NCBI GenBank assembly: GCA_938091905.1
Contig: CALKOM010000109.1
Coordinates: forward strand, 1 to 28,505
Direction of reading: 5' to 3'
From: an uncultured Verrucomicrobiales bacterium
GTDB lineage: Bacteria > Verrucomicrobiota > Verrucomicrobiia > Verrucomicrobiales > DEV007
Length of the DNA: 28,505 nucleotides
The notes beneath the pieces are model-generated. The model was not told where the DNA came from, made no database searches, and worked only from the letters and a program-made list of their open reading frames with translations. Of this stretch, positions 17,426 through 25,495 are shown piece by piece (the stretch's first letter is position 1; each line of letters begins with the position of its first letter). Position numbers and translations under genes: made by a program.

Positions 17426-18627
17426 GATCTCTCCAATAACATGGCCACACCTTGACCAACACCGACGCACATCGTGCAAATCGCGTAGCGTCCGTTGGCC
17501 TCTCTCAATTGTCTCGCAGCCGTGCCCACGAGGCGAGCGCCGCTCATGCCCAGTGGATGCCCGAGAGCAATAGCCCCGCCATTCGGGTTCACCTGAGGCG
17601 AATCATCGGGCAGACCGAGAGCGCGAGTGACGGCAAGCGCTTGCGAGGCGAAGGCTTCGTTCAGCTCGATCACATCCACGTCACTGATCGAAATGCCCGC
17701 ACTTTCTAACAAACCTTTCACCGCAGGAGCCGGGCCAATGCCCATGATGCGCGGCGCGACACCGATGCTCACGGTCCGAACCACGCGCGCCAATGGCTGA
17801 AGCGTGTGTTTCAAAATGGCTGCTTGCGAGGCGACTAACAAAGCGCAGGCGCCATCATTCACGCCGGAGGCATTTCCAGCAGTGATGGTACCCTCTGATT
17901 TCACAAATGGGCGCAGTTTGGCAAGTCCTTCTAACGTCGTCTCAGGGCGGGGATGTTCATCATCACGGACGACGATAGGATCGCCTTTCCGTTGCGGAAT
18001 CGTGATAGCAATGACCTCATCAGCAAAGAAGCCTCGCTCCTTGGCGGCTTGCGTGCGCTGTTGGCTGCGATAAGCAAAGGCGTCTTGATCTTCGCGGAGG
18101 ATGCCGGACTCTTCTGCCACGTTCTCGCCCGTCTCCGGCATGGCATCCGTGCCAAAGTCCTTCTCCATCTTCGGGTGAACGAAACGCCACCCTAACGTGG
18201 TATCTGTTAGTTGAGAAGATCGATCAAAGGCAGACTCTGCCTTGGGCATGACGAAGGGTGCGCGTGACATGGATTCCACACCGCCAGCGATACAAAGATC
18301 GGCTTCGCCAGCTTTGATCGCGCGTGCCGCCATGGAAACGGCGTCCAAACCTGAGGCACAAAGCCGATTCACCGTCACGCCGGGCACTGTTTCAGGAAGT
18401 CCAGCTAATAAACTCGCCATTCGCGCAATGTTACGGTTGTCCTCACCTGCTTGATTGGCGCAACCGAGGATGACGTCGTCCAGCATGGCCCAATCGATCT
18501 GGGATTGGCGTGCCATCACCCCACGAATCGCGGCCACGGCGAGGTCATCCGGGCGCACAGAGGCCAGCGTGCCACCATAGCGCCCGATCGGTGTGCGGGC
18601 CATTTCACAGATCCACGCTTCGTTCAC
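17422..18627 (-). CDS. pcaF: 3-oxoadipyl-CoA thiolase
   Basis: RTPIGRYGG, GCANQAGEDNRN, NRLCASG, GHPLGMSGARL and CVGVGQG; adjacent to pcaIJ. Confidence 0.92.
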   Translation of the reverse strand: MNEAWICEMARTPIGRYGGTLASVRPDDLAVAAIRGVMARQSQIDWAMLDDVILGCANQAGEDNRNIARMASLLAGLPETVPGVTVNRLCASGLDAVSMAARAIKAGEADLCIAGGVESMSRAPFVMPKAESAFDRSSQLTDTTLGWRFVHPKMEKDFGTDAMPETGENVAEESGILREDQDAFAYRSQQRTQAAKERGFFADEVIAITIPQRKGDPIVVRDDEHPRPETTLEGLAKLRPFVKSEGTITAGNASGVNDGACALLVASQAAILKHTLQPLARVVRTVSIGVAPRIMGIGPAPAVKGLLESAGISISDVDVIELNEAFASQALAVTRALGLPDDSPQVNPNGGAIALGHPLGMSGARLVGTAARQLREANGRYAICTMCVGVGQGVAMLLERS

Positions 18628-19394
18628 GATGCTTGCCTCCTGGACGCTTCGGTTCGCTCTAACAATTGGCGCAACGCGGTCAATTCTAACTCGGTGGGCG
18701 GTTCTGTTTCCGTCACCTGATCCGCAAATCTCAGTTCCCAGCCCGTCGCTTCCTGGATCTGATCGCGCGTCACGCCAGCATGGACTTGGGAAACGATCAG
18801 TTCCTTGGAATCGACTTCGGGCACAAGAACACCAAGATCCGTGATGACGGCGCTGGGCCCACCTTTCAAGCCCGCTTTCTTCCTAGCATCACCGCCATCC
18901 AGGTATCCTGGTGAGGTGATGAAGTCCACACGCTCGACTAACTTGCGTGGATCGTGGTTGATGATGATGAGCGTGTCTTTGGCCAAAGCGGCGATTTCAG
19001 GCGCGCCGCCTGCACCGGGCAATCGCACTTTCGGTGTTTGATAGTCTCCAATCACCGTGCTGTTCAAGTTGGCGAACTTGTCCACTTGCGCGGCACCAAG
19101 GAAGCCGACGTCCACTCGACCTCCCTGAAGCCAGTATGCAAAGATTTCCGGTGTCGAAACCACGGTGTCAGCCGTCTCTGCGAGTTCACCATCGCCAATG
19201 GAAAGCGGCAAGATGTTAGGCTTCGCCCCGATAGTACCAGACTCATAAATCAGAACCACATCGGGCGCGTGGGTGAGTCGCGCGAGGTTCGCCGCCATGG
19301 AGGGGATGCCGATGCCGACGAAGCAGGTCGATCCATCGCCTAGCAATCGAGAGGCGACGATCGTCATGATCTCTGTGCGGGTCGGTGATTTCAT
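18624..19394 (-). CDS. pcaJ: 3-oxoadipate CoA-transferase subunit B (glutaconate CoA-transferase type)
   Basis: FVGIGIPS, LIYESG and RLPGAGGAPEI. Start reassigned to ATG 19394 (ATGA overlap). Confidence 0.85.
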   Translation of the reverse strand: MKSPTRTEIMTIVASRLLGDGSTCFVGIGIPSMAANLARLTHAPDVVLIYESGTIGAKPNILPLSIGDGELAETADTVVSTPEIFAYWLQGGRVDVGFLGAAQVDKFANLNSTVIGDYQTPKVRLPGAGGAPEIAALAKDTLIIINHDPRKLVERVDFITSPGYLDGGDARKKAGLKGGPSAVITDLGVLVPEVDSKELIVSQVHAGVTRDQIQEATGWELRFADQVTETEPPTELELTALRQLLERTEASRRQAS

Positions 19395-20236
19395 GAGGCT
19401 AACTGATGACGAAACTCGGCGAAATTCTCGGTGCCCAACACGTGCTGATCCATCCAGGCAGTGAACTGCTCGCGTGATTTCGAAACGGCATCCCAAGCGA
19501 GGTAAGCGGCATTGTCGCGCTCGTAGTAGCCATGCGCGTAAGACGGAAATGCCCCTCCTGGAACCTCGCATATGGCATCGATCGTCCAGGCAGGCAGCAC
19601 GCAGGCATTCGGCGGGGCCTCCAGTTTGTCCACGATCTCCTCGACCGTGACGATGCAGCGCGTTGCGGCCAACGCGATCTCTTTCTGTACGCCCACAATG
19701 CCCCATAAGAGGACATTTCCTTGGCGATCAGCCTTCTGCGCGTGAATGATGGCGACATCAGGATTGATCGCTGGAGTCGCCGCCAATTTCTCCTGGGTGA
19801 AAGGGCATTCAATGAAGCGAATGTTAGCGTTGTGGTTAGGCAAATCGGAGCCGACAAAGCCGCGCAGCACCGCCATGGGCAATCCGGCAGCGCCTGCCAC
19901 ATACGCAGCTGACATGGCGGCATGGCTACGCTCATCGATCTCCAAAGGCGCGGGCCAAGCTTTCTCCACCGCATCGCGAAACCGATGCAGCGAGCCGACG
20001 CCTGGATTGCCGCCCCACGAGAAGACCAGTTTCTTGGCGCAGCCCATGCCGATGAGTTGATCGCAGATGAGATCGGGCGTCAGGCGCACCAGTGTGAGAT
20101 CACGTCGTCGCTGACGAATGATCTCGTGGCCTGCGGCAAACGGAATGAGATGGGTAAAGCCCTCGAGCGCCACACTGTCTCCATCGGAAACATGCAGGCG
20201 AATGGCTTCGGCTAAGCTGATGGAACTCGTTGACAA
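19391..20236 (-). CDS. pcaI: 3-oxoadipate CoA-transferase subunit A (glutaconate CoA-transferase type)
   Basis: ALEGFTHLIPFAAGHEIIRQ, FSWGGNPGVGSLHR and PSYAHGYYERDN. Confidence 0.85.
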   Translation of the reverse strand: MSTSSISLAEAIRLHVSDGDSVALEGFTHLIPFAAGHEIIRQRRRDLTLVRLTPDLICDQLIGMGCAKKLVFSWGGNPGVGSLHRFRDAVEKAWPAPLEIDERSHAAMSAAYVAGAAGLPMAVLRGFVGSDLPNHNANIRFIECPFTQEKLAATPAINPDVAIIHAQKADRQGNVLLWGIVGVQKEIALAATRCIVTVEEIVDKLEAPPNACVLPAWTIDAICEVPGGAFPSYAHGYYERDNAAYLAWDAVSKSREQFTAWMDQHVLGTENFAEFRHQLAS

Positions 20237-20249
20237 GGCGGTAGAGATT

Positions 20250-20284
20250 GTGCGATTATCGCGCAGATTGTTCGTTTAATGAAC
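20250..20284. promoter_or_regulatory. Two tandem PcaR/PobR-type operator boxes
   Basis: GTGCGATTATCGCGC (20250-20264) has reverse complement GCGCGATAATCGCAC, 13/15 to the PcaR box GTTCGATAATCGCAC as I recall it. The second box, GTTCGTTTAATGAAC (20270-20284), is quasi-palindromic. Confidence 0.75.
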
Positions 20285-20320
20285 AATGTCGAACTCACTC
20301 TACGGAGTCAATCCCAATCC

Positions 20321-21109
20321 ATGACCACTGACGACTCCATTCTCTTCCGAAGCGGAGATCCGAACTTCATGACTTCATTGGCCCGCGGTCTCGAAGTGTT
20401 GCAGGCCTTCTCTGGGCAGACCCGCACGCTCAAGATGGCCGCGATCAGTGAGGTCACTGGCCTCTCTCGAGCGGTGGTTCGTCGTTGCCTCTACACCTTG
20501 TCCGAAATGGGGTACGTGCGGCAGTCGACCGACGGTTACCAGATAGAGCCCAAGGTACTGGCCCTCAGTCAGACCTATTTCTCGTCCAGTTCCCTTCCCA
20601 AAGTCGCGCAGCCTTTCCTCGACGAGATTCGGGAAACGCTCGGGGAATCCTGCTCACTTGCCGTGCTCGATGGCTCTGAAGTCGTCTACATCGCGCGATC
20701 CGCCGCCAAGCGCATCATGACGGTTTCGTTAGGAATCGGTAGCCGTCTACCCGCCTACTGCACGTCACTTGGCCGTGTGATCCTCGCGGGTCTTGAACGT
20801 GACGCATTAGAAGAACTGCTAGGGAAGATGGAACGCAAACGCCACACAGAACACACAGTGATCGCAATCCGCGAACTGAAGCAACGCATCGCACGAGTGG
20901 CCACGGATGGTTACGCTTTGGTCGATCAAGAACTTGAAATCGGTCTCCGCTCACTTGCGGTGCCTGTTAGGAGCCAGCAAGGCAAGGTCGTCGCCGCGAT
21001 CAATGTCGGCGTCCAAGCAACCCGAATCAGCCAACGCGATATGCGATCGCAGATGCTGCCAGCACTGCAATCGGCTGCCCAACAAGTTGGTCAGCGTCTC
21101 CCCGAATAG
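20321..21109 (+). CDS. pcaR: IclR-family regulator PcaR
   Basis: GDPNFMTSLARGL, RRCLYTL, GSRLPAYCTSLGR and DQELEIGLRSLAVP; divergent from pcaIJF. An alternative ATG at 20279 lies inside operator box 2. Confidence 0.9.
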   Translation: MTTDDSILFRSGDPNFMTSLARGLEVLQAFSGQTRTLKMAAISEVTGLSRAVVRRCLYTLSEMGYVRQSTDGYQIEPKVLALSQTYFSSSSLPKVAQPFLDEIRETLGESCSLAVLDGSEVVYIARSAAKRIMTVSLGIGSRLPAYCTSLGRVILAGLERDALEELLGKMERKRHTEHTVIAIRELKQRIARVATDGYALVDQELEIGLRSLAVPVRSQQGKVVAAINVGVQATRISQRDMRSQMLPALQSAAQQVGQRLPE

Positions 21110-21140
21110 ACAAGCCTCTACTACGAAACTCAATACTCTC

Positions 21141-22987
21141 ATGAAATCCAAGTTCACTCTTACTCGCGTTCTTATGATCTGTCTCTGCTAGTCGTTGCAG
21201 GCTAGAAGTCAAACAATCACGATGTTAGATTCATTTGAAGACAATATCGATGCCATCGAAGTGCTCGGTGGCGGTGGGCGTGCCGCCGAAGACATCACCC
21301 CATCACGACACACAAAGGCAGATGCCGAAGATGTCCGTGTGACTCATGGGGAAAAGTGTTTGAAACTCTCACTAGGAGGTTCCCCTGCTTGGAATCCAGA
21401 TGCGCTCTATACATTCTCCGAAGAGAACAGTGCTCTGATCAAAGACGCTTGGGCGAGCTGCGCCGAAGCGCGCTATTTGCTTCGGTGGGATGTCACGTTC
21501 CCCGAGGAGCTTAACTGGGGGAATAACATCGTTCAGCTGAACGGCAATTGGCGATACAGGCAGTGTGAGTAGGGTGGTCAGCACCCACGCACCATGACCA
21601 TCCCAATTGATCTGATCGATCACGACTTGCTAAGCGAAGACCGCATCACCCCGCGCATTTTGCACAATTTCGGAGTGGCCGAATTCAACGGCTTGGAGAT
21701 CTATATCGACAACATTCGACTCGTCGACACCTACACCGAAGGCGCTGTCCCGGCCACCACCGTGCTCAAGGGATTCGAAAAGGAAGACGAGATGAATGAA
21801 ATCATTCCCATCACCGAGCGTTATGACCTCGCTTTGCACAAGAAGTCCGAGCCTGGCGATGTGGCCGTGACAGAAGGTGAGAACTCTCTCGCCATCACCT
21901 TCGCAGGCGCGGGCGCATGGAAACAAGATTTCACCATTCCGTTAGCGGGCACGTTGATGGACTCGATCGCCGCCCTGCCTCCTGGCGCTCGCCAACGTTA
22001 CACCCTACGCTTGGATGTGATCTTTGGGGAAGTCGACGAATCCTGGAACGGTGTTTGGCTGAATTTCAACATCCGCCCGGGAGCAGGCGGCACCAGTCTG
22101 GGAAACTATTCGATGTCTCGCGTTCAAGATGAGGCCCATGTCAGGACTTACAGTCTCACCATGGATCAGATCGAACTTGGAACAGATGATCCCGGCATCA
22201 GGCTGGTCAACCAAGCGGCCTGGGGCGACGCCGGCCACACCTTTCACGTGGACAACCTCCGTATCATTGATACCGACAATTCGCCTCTCAAGATCAGCGA
22301 TTTGAAAGTCACTCCAGAAGGCGACTTTGCCTTCACTTGGAAATCTTCAGATGCTCAGGCCTATGCTCTGGATGCGTCCGCTGATCTGTTAGAATGGAGT
22401 CCCCTAGTCACGGGCATCGCAGGATTCCCTGGCGAAACCACCTACCAAGCCGACATAGGCGCCAGGGAGGCGAGGCAATTCTATCGTGTCCGGGTGGCGG
22501 GTGCCGCACCTCCTTTGAGTGAGGATTTCGAAAGTGGCTTGGGATCTTGGCGTTCCGTGACCAAAGCTGGACCTGGAACGACGGAGTGGGAAGTGGGCGC
22601 CCTACCGATCCGCCGGGGACGAAGAACGGTGCCGCTGTCGCGGGAACCGATCTGGATGCCAATTATGTCCCGGGCACTCATGTTAGTTTGCTGTCCCCTG
22701 AAGTGAATCTAGAGACTTTCACCAAAGGCCCGACCCTTAGCTTTTCATATTATTTGGCGCTTGGCGATGCCTTCCGAGTGAACGTTCTCGACGCCACTGA
22801 GGTGCCGATCGCGGAAGCCGAAGAAGGTGGGCCACTCTTCTTCACGGAGAATACAGAGGGTTGGGTGGACGTTTCGGTGCCCCTTTCTGTCTTCGGTCAG
22901 AAAGCGATCATCGAATTTGAATTTGTCGCCGGAGGTAGTGCGGCGGGTGCGATCATTGACAATGTCCTTATTTCCGAGAGTGAGTAG
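21141..22987 (+). pseudogene. Secreted multi-domain beta-rich protein, pseudogene
   Basis: One frame from ATG 21141 with in-frame TAGs at 21189-21191 and 21570-21572, then a frameshift at about 22600 into the frame ending at 22987. Modules repeatedly end in IDNIRL/VDNLRI/IDNVLI. Confidence 0.75.
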
Positions 22988-23009
22988 CGAGGCTTAAGGC
23001 ATCGGCTTC

Positions 23010-23076
23010 GTAGCGCTGGCTTTAGCCGGCGTTTCCAAAGACTAACAGAACGTAATCCGGCTAAAGCCAGCGCCAC
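23010..23076. repeat. REPIN-like inverted REP pair, family A
   Basis: GTAGCGCTGGCTTTAGCCGGCG (23010-23031, +) and GTGGCGCTGGCTTTAGCCGG (23076-23057, -), between convergent genes. Confidence 0.88.
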
Positions 23077-23104
23077 GAGTTTGTTAACAAAGTAGAAATA
23101 GACG

Positions 23105-25411
23105 CTACTCACTCACGAGCTTAACACTCCCCCAATAGCCGAACTCGTTCTTCCAGTCGTTGGCACGGTTCTCCAATGAAAGATTGATCGCCTTGCCTGC
23201 GAATTTGCTGAGATCGACGTATACGTTAAGCCATTCCTCTTGGACATTCTTGTAGTTCACGATCTGATCGACGAGGACTTCTTTGTCTGCGAGGACGCGG
23301 AGTTGCCAATCGCCGTGCGGGTGGTAGCTCACGCGAATCTTGAGCGTCGTGGCCTTGCCTTGAGGGATCTGCAGCTTGCGTGACAAGCTGCACGGGGTCT
23401 TCCGATCGAGCGGGTGCGTTTGCACCGCCGTTTCATTGCGGAAACTGGTGAGTTTGCGGATGCCGCCTTCACCGACATTGTGCGCGGTGAAGCCTGGCGC
23501 CATGTCGTGGATGATCTTTCGCCATTTGCGCTTTTCGGCTTGGTTGGGTTGGCCTTTGATCGGCAAAGCGCCACTGACCATGCGACGGGCAACGCTTTCT
23601 TGGAGAAATGGCAGGCGCCCTTTCATGGATACTTCTAACGCTTTCTCGGGATGCGCTGTGACCATAGGCTCGAGTCCATACCAGAGGACGCGTGGGATAT
23701 TCGGATCATCGATGTCTTCAGAGTGACTCGCCAAGGCACCAAGAATCGGCCAGCGTTTGTCGAATGGCAATCGCTGCAGTGCGGAAGCGAGGTAGAGACG
23801 TACGGTTGGTGAGGGATCCTTGGTCGCAAGCACCTGAAACGTATCGAGAGCCGCCGCACTTGGGGCGTCCTTCTCGCAGAGAAGCTGGATCGTCCATGCG
23901 CGCACGTGTTCGTCTGCATGCGAGAGGAGTTTTAACAAGCCGGTTTCATCGAGGCCGGTGACATGCATGGCCCAGAGATAGCGGAGCCGTTTGCCCGAGG
24001 TCTTCGCGGCTTCAAACTTGTCGCGTAGCGCCATTTGAGTTTGATTGAGGTCCTTAAGCTTTCCAGCTGCTGCGCGGGAATGCAGTTCGACGCGAGCCTG
24101 ACGGACGTACCAATCGTTGGGGTGATCTTGTAAGGCGACGAGTTCCCTATCCGTTTGGCCAGGAATATTCGGACGTTTGATCTTGGGAGCATCCTTGGGC
24201 AGGATGCGATAGATGCGACCACTGTCAGGAAAGTTGATCGCGTTTCCGCAAATGTCGGTGTCGTGCCAGTCGAGGATATAGACGCCGCCATCGGGGCCAA
24301 TTTCCACGCTGAACCCGACCCAGGCGAGGTCATTGGTCGGCATGAAATCCGAGCCGTGCTTGCCAATGTAACTCGATCCATTGGGCACCATGTAGTCGGT
24401 CAGCACACAATGCTCGTGGATGTTGCACATGAAAAGTTGGTTTCGGTAGGGCTCTGGGAAGGTATCTGCTAGATAGAATCGCGCCCCACCATGCGCTGAG
24501 AGATGGGTGTGATCGCGGATGGTCTTGATGTCGTCGTAGATGTAAGGATTGACGTGAGGCTTCGATTGCTTGTGATAGACCCCGCCTTGCACGACGTGAA
24601 AGAGATGGGGGATGACACAACACGTGGCAAAACCATGACCGACGTCATTGAAATCGAAGCCCCAGGGGTTGGACAAACCTCTAGCAAAGACCTCAAAGGT
24701 TTCAGTCACCGGGTGAAAGCGCCAGATGCCGGCATCGATGAACTGCCGCTCCTCGGCAGGGGCGCCAGGTTTGCCGACATTGGATCGGGTGAAGACGCCA
24801 TGACAGCCGTAGAGCCAACCATCAGGTCCCCAAATGAAGCTGTTCAGGGTCTCGTGACGATCATGCGTGCCCCAACCATCTAACAAGATTCTAGGTTCGC
24901 CGTCAGGGACGTCGTCGCCATTGGCATCAGGGATGAAGAGGAGGTTCGGAGGCGAACCGAGATACACGCCACCAAAGCCGACAGCGATGCCGGAACTAAA
25001 GGTGATCTTGTCTGAGAAGAGTTTCTTGGTGTCGAAGACGCCATCGCTATCCGTGTCTTCAAAGATCTGGATGCGTGAGAGTTCCACGTTCTCTTTGTGC
25101 GAGCGTCGGTTGATGTAATTGTAATTCTCCACCACCCAGATGCGACTACGGCCATCAAAGGTGAAGGCGATGGGTTCACCGATATCAGGCTCAGCGGCAA
25201 AGATGGAGACGTCAAAGCCCTCCGGTATTTCCATCTTAGCGACGGCCTCGGCAGGTTTGAGAAACGGCGCATCACTGGTGCGATGCTGCTTGTTGTGTTT
25301 CTCGGCTACCGTCATGGTAAGAGTGATCGCGAGGGTGACAATGACGCCAATCAATCGGCTTTCGCAACGGAGCAAGGGCGCAACGAATGGCTTTGAAGGA
25401 ATGTTGTTCAT
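23105..25411 (-). CDS. PVC-type putative membrane-bound dehydrogenase (beta-propeller) domain protein with HEAT-like repeats and a C-terminal beta-rich domain; no CxxCH
   Basis: PEGFDVSIFAAEP, EDTDSDGVFD, WGPDGWLYG, GPDGGVYILDWHD and GRIYR; helical repeats (VRAWTIQLL, VRLYLASALQRL). Confidence 0.85.
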   Translation of the reverse strand: MNNIPSKPFVAPLLRCESRLIGVIVTLAITLTMTVAEKHNKQHRTSDAPFLKPAEAVAKMEIPEGFDVSIFAAEPDIGEPIAFTFDGRSRIWVVENYNYINRRSHKENVELSRIQIFEDTDSDGVFDTKKLFSDKITFSSGIAVGFGGVYLGSPPNLLFIPDANGDDVPDGEPRILLDGWGTHDRHETLNSFIWGPDGWLYGCHGVFTRSNVGKPGAPAEERQFIDAGIWRFHPVTETFEVFARGLSNPWGFDFNDVGHGFATCCVIPHLFHVVQGGVYHKQSKPHVNPYIYDDIKTIRDHTHLSAHGGARFYLADTFPEPYRNQLFMCNIHEHCVLTDYMVPNGSSYIGKHGSDFMPTNDLAWVGFSVEIGPDGGVYILDWHDTDICGNAINFPDSGRIYRILPKDAPKIKRPNIPGQTDRELVALQDHPNDWYVRQARVELHSRAAAGKLKDLNQTQMALRDKFEAAKTSGKRLRYLWAMHVTGLDETGLLKLLSHADEHVRAWTIQLLCEKDAPSAAALDTFQVLATKDPSPTVRLYLASALQRLPFDKRWPILGALASHSEDIDDPNIPRVLWYGLEPMVTAHPEKALEVSMKGRLPFLQESVARRMVSGALPIKGQPNQAEKRKWRKIIHDMAPGFTAHNVGEGGIRKLTSFRNETAVQTHPLDRKTPCSLSRKLQIPQGKATTLKIRVSYHPHGDWQLRVLADKEVLVDQIVNYKNVQEEWLNVYVDLSKFAGKAINLSLENRANDWKNEFGYWGSVKLVSE

Positions 25412-25421
25412 GGTAGAAAGG

Positions 25422-25493
25422 GTAGCGGTGATTTTTAGTTACCGTCTGGGGCTTGAGATTCTATGAGTGATGGCGACTGAAAGTCACCACTAC
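25422..25493. repeat. REPIN-like inverted REP pair, family B
   Basis: GTAGCGGTGATTTTTAGTTACCGTC (25422-25446, +) and GTAGTGGTGACTTTCAGTCGCCATC (25493-25469, -). Confidence 0.8.
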
Positions 25494-25495
25494 GG

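Noticed and set aside
21141..22706. TAG reassignment or programmed read-through (two in-frame TAGs here, one at 7411)
   Set aside because: Intact genes (integrase, symporter, pcaR, both PVC-type genes) end in TAG, and the affected genes also carry frameshifts or TAA.
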